This document shows, piece after piece, positions 9,020-23,562 of a stretch of 64,000 nucleotides of DNA. The notes beneath the pieces are model-generated. The model worked only from the letters and a program-made list of their open reading frames with translations, did not search any database and was not told the origin of the DNA. Numbering within the stretch: position 1 is the stretch's first letter; every line of letters starts with the position of its first letter. The stretch is taken from assembly GCF_022539665.2 (NCBI RefSeq), contig NC_081333.1, positions 930,001-994,000 on the forward strand, given 5' to 3'. Source of the DNA: Daphnia carinata (lineage: Eukaryota). Position numbers and translations under genes: made by a program.

Positions 9020-11339
9020 TTAATCGACCTCTTCGATGGTTGGGCCTGATCCCGCACCAGGGGCAGGACCTGGGCCAGCGCCGGCACCACCAGGGAAACC
9101 AGGAGGAGCACCACCAGCTCCTTGGTACAACTTGGTGACGATGGGGTTGCACACTCTTTCAATTTCCTTCTGCTTATGCTCAAACTCTTCTTTATCAGCC
9201 AGCTGGTTTGCGTCCAACCATTTAATGATCTCGTTGCATTTGTCCATGATTGTTGTTTTATCAGCATCAGATAGTTTGTCCTTGAACTTTTCATCCTCAA
9301 CAGTAGACTTCATGTTAAAGCAATAGGACTCCAACGCGTTCTTGCCAGACACGCGTTCGCGCTGCTTTTCATCTTCAGAACGATAACGCTCGGCATCCGA
9401 CACCTATTCATTAAACTTAATGATAGAGCAGAAGACTAGACGTGATAAATAATTTTCAGTACCATTTTTTCGATTTCTTCCTTGGACAATCGACCCTTGT
9501 CATTGGTAATGGTAATTTTGTTCTCGCGACCAGTCGACTTGTCGGCAGCAGACACATTCAAAATACCGTTGCTATTTAAAAAAAAAAAATGAAATAGCAT
9601 GCATTACTGGTCTGTCTGATCCTTTTTTTCCACAAAATAATATTGCTTACGCGTCAATATCGAAGGTAACTTCAATTTGCGGAACGCCACGCGGGGCAGG
9701 CGGAATACCGGTGAGTTCGAATTTCCCCAAAAGGTTGTTATCCTTCGTCTACCAATGTAAGTTTTTTAATGTCAGTAGCGTTTCTTACTTTTAATTTAAA
9801 AAAGCATAAAATTATTCACCATAGCACGCTCTCCTTCGTACACTTGAATCAATACTCCCGGTTGGTTGTCAGAGTAAGTAGTGAAAGTTTGGGTTTGTTT
9901 GGTTGGAATAGTGGTATTGCGCTTGATGAGTGCAGTCATAACACCTCCAGCTGTTTCAATGCCCAAGGATAGAGGGGCGACATCCAGCAGAAGTAGATCT
10001 TGAACAGCTTCCGATTTGTCACCCTAATAAAGGATGTGAGAATGACGGAAGAATGGAATTTCATTTTCTTTCAACTTACTTGAAGGATTGCAGCTTGAAC
10101 AGCAGCGCCATAAGCAACAGCCTCATCGGGGTTGATTGACTTGTTCAATTCCTTTCCATTGAAAAAGTCTTGCAACAGTTTTTGAACTTTCGGAATACGA
10201 GTTGAACCACCGACAAGTACAATATCTTGAATCTGAGCCTTGTCCATTTTAGCGTCACGGATAGCCTTTTCAACGGGCTCCATGGTGGATCGGAAAAGAT
10301 CGGCATTCAATTCTTCGAAGCGAGCTCTCGTGATACTAACAATAAAACGTTAATAAACACGAACTGCCAGATGATCAATATTGTATGTACCTCGTGTAGA
10401 AATCGATACCCTCGAAGAGAGAATCAATTTCAATGCTAGCTTGAGCAGATGAGGATAGAGTACGCTTGGCACGTTCGCAGGCAGTACGGAGGCGACGAAG
10501 AGCACGCTTGTTGGTAGCCATGTCCTTCTTGTATTTACGTTTAAACTCTTGAACAAAGTGGTTCACCATGCGGTTGTCGAAATCCTCTCCTCCCAAATGG
10601 GTATCTCCAGCAGTTGACTTGACTTCAAAGATGCCATCCTCGATAGTTAGGATAGAGACATCAAAAGTTCCACCACCGAGGTCAAAGATGAGCACGTTAC
10701 GCTCTCCGCCAACCTATTTTTAATGAAATTATTTAAATAAATAGACTATTAAATTAGGAACAGACTTTATACCTTTTTATCTAATCCATAGGCAATGGCA
10801 GCAGCAGTAGGCTCATTAATGATACGAAGAACATTTAGGCCAGCAATTGTTCCTGCATCTTTAGTGGCTTGTCGTTGGGAATCATTGAAGTAGGCAGGGA
10901 CAGTAACAACAGCATTGCTAACAGTTTTGCCCAAGTAGGCTTCAGCAGTCTCCTTCATCTTGAGCAACACCATGGAAGAAATCTCTTCAGGGAAGAAGGT
11001 TTTTGTTTCATTCTTGTAATCAACTTGAATTTTGGGTTTTCCTCCATCACTGACTACTTCAAATGGCCAATGCTTCATGTCAGCTTGAACAACCGTATCT
11101 TCAAACCGACGCCCGATCAACCGTTTGGCATCGAAAACTGTGTTGGTTGGGTTCATAGCAACCTGGTTTTTAGCGGCATCACCGATGAGACGTTCGGTAT
11201 CGGTAAAGGCGACATAGGATGGTGTAGTGCGATTACCCTGATCGTTGGCGATGATTTCAACTTTACCATGCTGAAATACACCGACGCACGAGTAGGTAGT
11301 ACCCAAATCGATACCCACAGCTGGAGTTTTGGCGGCCAT
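9020..11339 (-). CDS. Hsc70: Cytosolic heat shock cognate 70 kDa protein (HSPA8/Hsc70-4-like), 7 coding exons
   Basis: [53 protein letters not shown]-terminal GPTIEEVD*. Six short GT-AG introns in the CDS plus a 5'UTR intron at 11346-11689. Confidence 0.98.
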
Positions 11340-11415
11340 TATGTTCTATAGAATTAATGTACAACATTATACACATAATTCAACATCTTAATTATTTTAT
11401 GTTCAGATTTTAAAG

Positions 11416-11511
11416 ATTTCCTCAGACATGGGTTAAGACACACACTAATCATCAGATTACTCTTCTGGTGCGAACCGCGAATGGTGTAACCCAAATTTCA
11501 TCATAGGAAAT
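11416..11511 (-). ncRNA. U14: Intronic box C/D snoRNA, U14 (SNORD14)-like
   Basis: Minus strand: ATTTCC-T-ATGATGA (box C)...CCATTCGCGGTTCGCAC-CAGA (domain A + D')...TGATGA (C')...ATGT-CTGA (box D)-GGAAAT. 6-bp terminal stem. 3' end lies 70 nt upstream of the acceptor of hsc70 intron 1. Confidence 0.88.
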
Positions 11512-11532
11512 GGTACGCAAGGAAACGTATAG

Positions 11533-11545
11533 GAAAGTTCTAGAA
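11533..11545. promoter_or_regulatory. Heat shock element in hsc70 intron 1
   Basis: GAAagTTCtaGAA, three perfect alternating nGAAn units. Confidence 0.65.
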
Positions 11546-11827
11546 TATGTCCAGCCTATCCACGTGCAGATTGGCACGTTATTTGGTGGGGCGTAAAAAC
11601 TAATAAAAGGAAGCTCTTTCACGAATCAGAAGTAGGGAATCTAAGATTCACATACTCAGACAATAAAATGTTTGGGAAAAAACACTTACCAAAGAAATAA
11701 ATGACTGATGCGAAGAAAATGTGTACAATTATTACAGACACCGTCCGTACAGCGTGGCGTCTCGTCAAGAAAGACCGAATGTAAGGACTCTCAACTCGCA
11801 ACGGAAACTCAGTCGGCTGTATCGCTT

Positions 11828-11840
11828 TTCCAGAATGTTC
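11828..11840. promoter_or_regulatory. Heat shock element in the hsc70 promoter
   Basis: TTCcaGAAtgTTC, ~140 bp upstream of the exon-1 donor (GTAAGT at 11689). Confidence 0.75.
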
Positions 11841-13185
11841 TTTAGCATAATTTGTTCAATAAGTATAGATGCCCAACTGCAACTAAAACAGCTAGTAAAC
11901 GCCATCTAGCGTAGAAAAATTTTGCTTTCTTAGTTAAACAAAATTCCGTTACCTTCTTCATACGTCATGCACTTAGCATACGACCCTAGTTTACCGATTT
12001 GTAAATCAAAAATGAAAGAAATATCTAAAAAATGATTAATGTTGAGTTGAGAACTTATTACTGGAGAAAACATATGGAGGGTGACTCTATTCCTAACTTC
12101 TGCCGCACGGAAAAATTTACATTAGTTGAAACGTTGAAGTGCCCTTTGTGATGCCAGTCTACTTTTACTTTATGACAACGATGCCATTCCCTTTTTACAT
12201 TCAGGCGTAATTTTGTAACGTTCATGACTTCATGGTCAGTTGGTGCTTGGGAGGAAACTATCACATTATATTTACATGTGTATTTTACAGTAGCTTTATA
12301 ACTGCCCTAGATTTATTTACTTAAAAATGTTTTTAAATGTATGAAAAGTATAAGTATGAGCTTGGTGTAAAAGCGGTGGATTTCCATAACAATTTGTTAT
12401 ATATGGTAATATTGCATCTACTACCTCTACAAACTAATTAATAAAACAAAATATAAAAATACACACTGTCTGCGTAGTGGTTATAAGATTTTCTTTCATT
12501 TAGTAAAATCCTGCAACACATTTTGTTGCTATGTTATTACTTACAGTGGTTCCAGATGTCAAAATGATGTCTTTTGGATCAGCATTTATTAACCTTGCAA
12601 CTTGCTATGTGGATTGTATATTATACTATTTTTCGGTTGTGTCATAAATCCATAAACAATTAGAAAGATCATGCTTAACTGCTGTCTTCAGTATATATTT
12701 CCGCGTCTTTATTTTACAAGGATGAAGTTAAACACGAGACATCGTACACTGCGATGGGTTACTGATTGTGCTAGTCAAGTCATATTAGTATGTCAAGCCG
12801 ATTTTTTTTTTCTAATTCAATCGTATTCAATACTGCCCTTACTTCTTACCCGCTTATGAATACAAAAGGTTAACATGTCTGCATCATCATGAGAATTCTT
12901 AAAGGTAATACACTTGATAAGTTTATAAGATGATTCGGCATATATTTATTCCTGGTGGTGGAATTGGAGGTGGTCTTGTATCAACATGAAATAACTTTTA
13001 CAAAACCATGTTTCGAGGAATACAAAGAAAAAAGGAGAAAATTCGGAAATGGCTTCATAAAAAAACAACAGTACGCCTCAATCTAGTAAAGTTGTTGAAG
13101 AACAGAGCAAAAGAACATATTTAAGGGAAAGGAACTCAAAAATTATTAAAATCGTCAAAATATTTGTTCGTGAACTTCCATGGCA

Positions 13186-14994
<1,809 letters not shown>

Positions 14995-15524
14995 TATAGG
15001 AAATTATTTCAATCTAAATACGAAAATAATCTCCTAAAATGTAAAGTGTAAAACTAAACAACACTTCAGCAACTTAGTAGAAATAAATGCCAATGTGGGC
15101 GTCGTGAAAGAACCACTCCTCACTTCTCGGTTGGGCGTCGACAAGATAGCCCGTTTTAGATCTTTGTGGTAATGGTCGATAGGTGGCATTACAGGCTACA
15201 GTTGTTTTGTTTGTTAAATAGAAACACCAGATGTCGTGGAATAGTATTGCTTGACGCGATCAAGGGGATGGGGGTGTTCCAATCTAGAAGCGTGCAGCCG
15301 GCGAGCAACATTACAGATCGAATAGTCGAGAAACGAGAAGTTTAAACAAAACCTAAATACACTACGTTTCGGTATCTTGTGATCACGTTGGTTGACACGT
15401 AGTCAACAGTGTTATCGTGGACCATACAGTGTTATAACTAAACCTTGGTTTGCAAGAAGAGTTTTGTTAAGTGCGTATTTTTGAACACTGTGGGAAGACG
15501 CATTACATAGCGTGAATTCGGAAA

Positions 15525-18500
15525 ATGTCACTCGATTTAATATCAAGTCTCGATACTCGGTTTTTCGCGGACGAAATCAGCTCACCACACATCCCTTTCG
15601 GTAAGCACGGAAACTGCATCATGTTCTATTTGATCCAAACTTCCAAACCAAAATAATGAGCTATAAAACCTAGAGTTGAACAATGGGGTAAGAAGACGTT
15701 GAGGGGCGTTTTCTCGTCACGTCAGAATTTTACCTATTTACGAATTTATAACGGGTATAAGTGTTTTTTTTTAACCCCTACCCATTACCAATTGAGTAGC
15801 AGATTCTCGTCGTATTACGTGCAAAAGATAACGCTTAGCATTCAAAGCAATTGACAAAGTAATTGTTTTTACCCGCTACCCTTGTTCGGGAAACATCCTT
15901 TGTGTTGAAACAAGATCTGATCAACAAAGTACTTGCAATCCTAAAAAAAAAGGTATTTGCCTGATTCGTAACATAAAATGTTACACATGAGGAGCTAACG
16001 ACTTCCGTCAATGAACATTTCGTTTTTATCTACGAAAATCTTTTGTCTCCTCGTGCAATGCCACGAGGTAATAGAACTCAAGGTACGTGCAATAGGGAAG
16101 TTGATAAAAGCAAGTTATCAAAACCGCCTCCAGCTGGCATGGGGGAGCCACAGTCTGTTTTCAAGCCTGTCGTCATGTATGAAATGGAGTTTCTTTTACG
16201 CACGAGCATGGCCTTGGCCTTGAAATGGGGAAATTATTAAAGTCTACTTTCCTGTTTATTGGTTGTCTGGGTTTGAAGTAAACAAATATGGCGGATCTTC
16301 TCTCAATGACATTCGTGTCAATAGCACTTATAATTAACTATTTGGGTCTGTAATGTAGGGCAAAGACGGACAATCGGAAACGAAAGCGAAAGTAAAAAAG
16401 AATTATAATGATTCAAAGGAAAAGTAACCCGTATGTTGTTAATGATCATTATATTCCTACAATATCTTCCATTGATAGTTTGTGAGTGTGCGTAAATCTT
16501 GTACTCTGGCTAGCTATGACCTTTTCAATATATCAATCTTGATGGACCTGACGCTCTTGGCTACGTGCAGTGTTTTGCGTCTCACCATACAGGTCGTGCT
16601 ATTGAACCAAACTTGGCACTAATCACCCTGTTAGTGAAAACTAGGAAAAAACCCAACTGAGCAACGAATGGCTGAGGCAACAGGCGTTGACATCCAAAAT
16701 AAGGAAAAATCGAAAGGCGCGGTTTTTTCCCTCTTTTGCTTTCGTTCTTTCCGGTTCTCAAAGGCGGAACACGAAAAACAAAAAAAAAAAAACCTTTGGA
16801 ACTTCATTTCATCTTAAAGATCACATATGTGTTTCTAAAAGGATTGTCGTATAGCAAGAAACGTGAACTTTAACTCTCGTTTTCATTGAACTAAGTGCCA
16901 CGTAAAAGTTGAGTAGTCACCCCACGTATTGTGCATACGTCGTATACAGCTCGAGCGAAGGGCGTTTAAACTATGCGGAGAATTGAATGTATATTCGAAC
17001 TATACATCTACGATGTTGCTTAAGGTTCATGTTTCGCAAGAACATTTCCCTTCAAAATGGTGGGGTGTGGCGTCATGACACAAACCATAAACTGAAACTG
17101 GGTCAGAGGGTTTCGTATGACGACCAGTTGCGTTACTTGAAGTTCCACTATTCCTAAACACAAAAATATTTAATTTTTCAACGTTCCTTCAGTTAAAATG
17201 CGCTTTTTAAACAGATTTAGAAAGCAGTTTAGGCTCCGAGGAAAACATGATGTGTTTAAGTGAGCTGACCAACGATCCTATGGTAAGTTTTGATAATTTG
17301 ATGAATTTGAAACCGAAATTTAATTATAAAAATGATTCTAAATATTGCTCAGATACCATTTCATCCAACATACCATGACTCGGAATTCATGGACACCGGT
17401 TTGAGCTCGGACAGCGATTGTAATTCATACTCCGGTCTCCTTGAGTTCAATTTGCATCCCAATACATTGGAAAAAGATTTTTCCAAGTTTGACTCCAGTG
17501 ATTTCCCTAATCTTCTCGCTGGAGTTGGTATGTTTTTTGTTTGTTAAACAATTATTGTAAAATTTTGTTTTAAAACATTTCTCTCTTAAATAGATGAAGA
17601 TATAAAGCTGGAGCCAATATCACCTCTAGCTCACTCACCCCAACCTCTTTCACCATTTGAAAATGGTGTAACCTCGTTGTTCGGCGTTAAATCCGAAATA
17701 CAGGTACAGATGGTCTTCATCGGCGTAAAATATTTATGATTTATACCGGATGGCTTTCTCAGCTCCCCACTTAAGTCATCTATGTAATTTCAATCTGTCG
17801 AACTTTCTGTTAAAGAAAATGTAACTACAAAAATTCATTTTTTAAATAGAAACTTTTTATTTTTAACTTTCAGTTTCTATTAATAGAAAATCGATCTATT
17901 ATGACTTCCAGGCATTTTAATTGATGTTGTTGCCTTGATCATTTTTAGCCAAATTTGGATACGCCGCCCATTTCTCCTCATCTAAGCAACACATCAATTC
18001 CCTCGCATCATTCCAATAATGCAGACATTATTAAAGTCATTACCATTAATGCAGATGGTAAGTTTCCTGAAGTGACAAACACAGTGCACTCGTAAAGCTT
18101 ATCATATCTAATTGTGCCCCTTTATTCGTTCTTTTTTGCATGGATTTTTATTCAGGTAACTTTCACCTGCCCAAGGAGACAAAAGTAATGTTGGCTAAAA
18201 ATAACGTTACGAATGTTTCGTCACCATCCATACATTTATCCAACCAACTTGGGACGAACATCCAACCAAAACCGTTACCTGTTAACCCTATGGTCATTAA
18301 AGTCGTCACAAGTGGTGCTGCAAATGGAAAACAGAATATTTCTGGTAGGCTTCCATAGTTACCAAGCTCATTAGTTTGTAACGACGTAAGTAACAAAATA
18401 AGGATCTTTGTTTTGTTTTGCAGGTCAACCGCTTGTTCTTACCCCAGAGGAATTTGCTACTTTAACACAGCAGAATTCTGGCAAATGCGCAATAGAAGCA

Positions 18501-20210
18501 CTTCCAGTCCAAACGCAAAAGCTAGTGCAGCCATTAAATAGTCGAATACCAAGCCCGTCTGTTCACTATTCCAAACCAATTTTATCCTGTTCATCCCCGC
18601 CTTCAGGACATTGCGATGGCGATGTACGTCAAACCATATTCGTAATGAATTTCGTTGTGTTGCAGAACGTATTTAACTGTTTGCATTTCATAGGTGAAAG
18701 CTTTAAAACGACAACAGCGAATGATAAAGAATAGGGAATCTGCATGCTTATCACGCAAGAAAAAAAAGGAATACGTATCGTCGTTAGAATCAATGCTGTC
18801 GGATTTGAATCGCGAAAATCAACAGCTAAAACAGGAAAATTCAATGTTACGGGAGAAAGTAGCGTTGCTGGAACGAGAGCGTGACAGTGCAACCAAATCA
18901 CACGGTATTAGCCCTAATACAAAGAAGGCTACCACTGCCTTTTGTGCTGTGCTATTAATGCTGTCGTTTAACGTGGCCACGTTTGGGTAAATCGAGAATG
19001 CTAATTTTTTTTTTTTGCAAAACTTCATGCTCATTATCCCTTTGGTTGTGTAGAAAAAGTTACATGAATCCAGGCGGGCCAGGATTAGTATTGCCAGAGG
19101 GAGTCATGAAAGCTGAACCAGCCGTAGTTTTCCAACGTGGAGCTGGACGTACACTGCTGTGGGCTACCGAGGACAACCCTGACTTCGATACTGGGTAATT
19201 ACGCTTTTTGAATTGCTCTAATTGATTTATCTGATTTTTCACTAACGGTTCATTTAGGAGCGAAAACATGAGCCTGCCAATGTGTCCAATGCTTATTAAC
19301 AGTACCGAGTCATCAAGAATTGATAGCGAGTTACGAGATTGGTTCCACGCCCCAAGCCCTTCAAGTGTTCACATACCCATTTCCACAAAACCTGACGTCG
19401 AAGTAAAACACGAGTCACCATCGAAACATGAACTAGCAAAAGTATGCCTGAAACTCATCCCACCCATCTTGCCATTCGTTTCGCTAAAACCACGCACTAC
19501 TTTATTTATAATGTTTATTAGGTAATACCTCACTCCAATGAAATGAGCAGTACAGCTTACAGGAAATACTTGCTAACTCAACGGAATTCAGTAGTTCGAA
19601 ACACTCAAGCTCAATTGATATCGAAAAATGAAATTCAAATCTACGAGGCAGTCCCAGATCGATACCTCTTCGCAGCCTTTTTCGAAGCTATCCAGCGCAA
19701 AGATGACACATTTTACGTCGTCTCTTTCTCCGATGATCACCTTCTATTACCTGCCACCGAACACAACAGTACAGTTCGACCACGCATGTCCCTGCTCCTT
19801 CCTGCCATGCCTCTTAATCGTGAGTGAAACGTCCTTAATATGTTGATTATGACATTTAAATCAATAGACCTGTTTCCATAACAGAGACGATGCATGCCCC
19901 CCGTGGTCATATCGCTATGATGCAGGTAACTATTTCAATCCGGATTTTAAACTATTTTTTGTTTTCTTGCCTGACGAACTTGCTCAAACTTATAACGCCA
20001 TTATTTCCAACGCAGATTGATTGCGAAGTAACGAATACGCGACTTCTACACATTAGAGAAGATTCAATCCCGCCGTTCATGTCCGAAGGAAACCGAACCG
20101 AGGATCGGAGGCCAGAAACAGGGAAACGTGCGTGGCGGAAAAGCGGGAAAAAAAGCCAGCCAAAAGTGGGCAATTTCAATGCAACTTCAACTAGGAATTC
20201 CAGAGGGTGA
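15525..20210 (+). CDS. ATF6: ATF6 membrane-anchored bZIP ER-stress transcription factor
   Basis: Exon 1 [17 protein letters not shown] (donor at 15601), b[26 protein letters not shown], a TM segment, S1P-type RTLL, and luminal [44 protein letters not shown]. The start is inferred. Confidence 0.93.
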
Positions 20211-21914
20211 AATCAACCAACATGTTGGCGGGACATCTCGTCACCCAGTCGGCTGATCAAAACAATTTTCAACAGATCTCAATTGCTGAAAAAAATTTCC
20301 AGCTTGAACAGGAAATCCACAACAGGGGAGTTTTCTCACATCACACATTCACAAACAGCTCGCCTAAGCACTCTTTGGTTCACGTTGTTTTTCAATTATT
20401 TTGAATTTTTTTTTTTTACAAAGTCTTATGACTACCAAAGACTGCCTTACCTTGTGTAGGACCGTTTTTCATTTACGAGAGGCACAAGTTTAAAGTCACA
20501 CCAGTTATTGAGTTTTGAATTTTTTCTGTTTTTACGTGGGTTATGGTTCGGTATTTTTTTTTTATAAAATACATTTTCGTAATTCTTTTTACTGGAGAAT
20601 ATGCGAAGTGTGGTGTGTAAACTGCATCGGGGGCTGTTAGCGTGGTCAGTAAGACGACAGCTGACTTCTGAAAACAGTTTGGAATCGAGTTCTGTTTTGG
20701 AAATGTAGAGGAGAGGAGTAAACTAGCTCTAAACAGCAGTTCGGCGCGTCCTTCTTATGTGGATGTTTATAAAAAGGAGAATAATTCGAAGAATTTTTGT
20801 TTGCTGAAATCCTTGTTGGCTAACCTGTAGTTCTACTAAGTTGGAGTAAGACAATCCCGGAATTATGCTCCGTTCATATTTCGAATAAAAGTTATGGAAA
20901 AAAAAACTCTTTTACCTCAAACTGAAAGAATTCGTAAATTAACTATAAAGCCTTGGGCTCGGAACTTATTGCCGAAGACCCGGGATGTATGGCAATCCGT
21001 TTTACCCCCCCCCCCCCAAAAAAAAAAAAATATCGGCCTTTTTTTGCTGTTTCACTGCTATCGCCACCTACCGGTCGGTAGATGGTGACAGCAACCGAAA
21101 CAAATGCCAGCAAAAAGCAAACAAATGCCAAAGGTGAGACATGCTGGAAAAGCTTGATACGAATGTGTAGGCGTAGTTTTGGAATTCAGAGGTGCTAGCC
21201 GGATGTTTGGAAAAACTTCAGTTAAATTTGGTTTCAATTCAATATGTTTTACTTATTATTTGTGTGATTACGCAAAGGATTGCGCCATCCAGGCAATGTG
21301 GATATTCTGCCATGTACATGATAAACCTAGGATTCTTCGCCAACATGCAAGATGTTACCCCCTGGTAATGCTTTTCCGCTGAGTTTGTTTAGTTTTCTAT
21401 TTTTAATCGTCAATGTCGTATTAGCAAACTACTGTTGACAGAAAAGCTGATACATTGCGACAATGGTTACAGCAAGTGGGATGAATAAATCAGCATAGGT
21501 CAGTTGCCGTGCCTTCCCAATTGCAACGAAGACGAATCATGGAGTCAAAAACAATAAAAGGTGGTACTATTTTAATTGTTTTAATTGATATATTGCCAAG
21601 TGCTGATGATATGTGTGTAGAACATGCTGGAATTCATGTCATCCTGGAGAGGACTAAAAAAAAAAGTAGCTGTATCCATGAAGCAGCTCATTAGTCATGT
21701 TCCAAACCATTGCCTGCATCAGCCAGCAATCTTTCAATGGCTAACAAGCATTTAATAGTTTTGAAAATCGCGGTTTGCACTCCCAGAGGCGACATTCCTA
21801 AATCCCACCTGTCAAAAAATTTATGCAACAATTTCTATTCTGAACTGACGCCTACCAAATTCTTTTTCCATAAAATGAGGTGATATGAGGTTATAAAGGA
21901 AATTGTCGTCAAGA

Positions 21915-22290
21915 CTGCCGAGACCAGGTACATTGTTTACCTTAACGTTTAGTGATCAAAACAACCAACTTTGTAACCTTTCTGTTTTTTATGGTGCATG
22001 GAACGTCCAATCGGAAAGCCCATGGAAAATCTCTGTGGCCAACACGAAGGGTTCTTCCAAACTTTCGTATTCAAGTTTTGGCTATGGTGATCATTTGCAA
22101 CTGCATGGCCTTTTAGAAGCTCCTGCCAGGAATCTACAGGAATATGGCAGATGATGAATTTATGTACCATGTAAGCTATATCAATAAGAATCTTTTATGC
22201 TTATCTATGTTTTATTTTCTTAATTTAGATTAATATCAATAGTGAACCTGCGAAGGTTTCTGGTTGGGATGTGATGACGAAAAGTTATAA
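21915..22290 (+). pseudogene. OTU-like cysteine protease relic
   Basis: LPRPG-(HCL in the adjacent frame)..FSDQ...GYGDHLQLHGLLE...RNLQEY resembles the OTU GxCLF..SDQ / WGDH..LQAL motifs. Frameshifted. Confidence 0.35.
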
Positions 22291-22336
22291 CAATTTGAAG
22301 TACGGAATTGGATTTCCCTCCATGAGTCGCCTGTGT

Positions 22337-22765
22337 ATTCCCGCGTATTACGGTATTAATTATTTAAAAATTGAAGTGCATATCTGGGCTCCCTTCTTTT
22401 CTGTAGCCCCGTTTCCCTTTGATTTGTAATAAGCCCGTAGGGGGTCATGCCCCTACTGTGATCAGCAGCAAAGGTTGTGAGTGCGCTGTCTGGAAAGGGG
22501 ACGTGGGGGTCCTCATGGTCCGATGATATCATTGGAGGGCTATGGGGCTACCCAAAAATCCGAATTAACAGTTAATCGCTCACGTAAAAGCTTGTCCGAA
22601 ACCTTCGCTCTTCTTCCGGCTTCTCTTAGCCACGCACCGGGTAATCTCCCCGGTGAGTCAACTGAGGTAGTGTCTCCCCCTACCTTGGTTGACAGCAACT
22701 TTGAAATCGGCTATTTTGCCATTTCAAAGTTGCACGTCTTTAAATTGTGCAGAGTATTGTCAATA
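22337..22765 (+). repeat. Structured repeat module, copy 3 (diverged)
   Basis: Direct homologue of ~7004-7447. Stems are preserved by compensatory changes. Confidence 0.92.
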
Positions 22766-23089
22766 CAAATTCCTTAAAAAAAAATTACAGATCTTGTCTT
22801 TGTTACTGTCATGGTGTTGCTCTGCACTTTTCACTATTGTGAACATCTTTTTATTTATGTCGTAATGTCATTCTATTGAAGTTCACGTTGTATTTTCAAT
22901 TTTTGCTGCTCCCAGTCATGAGCGAATACTTCGTTATTATACGACTTCATTGTTTATGGAACGATGCACTTTAATCTCCCTTCATGGAGATTCTATAACT
23001 TTTAGTGCATTAATGATACTGAATTGTATACATGCATTGTATATTAAATTTGCCATTATGAATTATATTTATTTATTCAATCTTATTCT

Positions 23090-23159
23090 GACTCTTTAGG
23101 GGATTGAACCCTTGATTTCTTGCGTGCGACGCCGATGCTCAACCATAGAGCCATGAGTC
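23090..23159 (-). pseudogene. tRNA-like cloverleaf (degenerate anticodon arm)
   Basis: GACTC..GAGTC acceptor stem, GCTC-TATGGTT-GAGC D-arm, GGG-TTCAATC-CCC T-arm. Confidence 0.65.
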
Positions 23160-23496
23160 TTGTAAATTACTTAACTATTTTTCCAGGTCTTTTGAAGGAA
23201 ACCTATTTGCACTTGTAATAATATTGCTGTGCGTCCCAACGCAATTTAATATTTCCGTCTCGGAATGTCACCTATAAATACAATAGAGTGATTCATTTTT
23301 TGTACAAAGGTAATATTGTCTACAGTGGAAACCGTAACTCAATCCTCTGGCACAGCTGGCTGATGCTCAACCATGACGCCGCAAATCATACATATTTGCT
23401 CACTATTCTTCCTTGTCACTAGAAGGGAATGTTAGTAATATTGATTGAAAGTAAATTAAAATCCACATACCATCAGCGGACTTAACAGAACACTTT

Positions 23497-23562
23497 CCAG
23501 TTGTGACTCCAACTCTTGACTTTCGATTCCCGTAGTCAGACGCTCTACCTCAGAGCTATTAT
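23497..23562 (-). pseudogene. Degenerate tRNA-Arg(ACG)-like cassette
   Basis: TAGCTC..GGTAGAGCGTCTGACTACGG resembles the D-arm and anticodon arm of tRNA-Arg(ACG). The T-arm is decayed. Confidence 0.45.
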
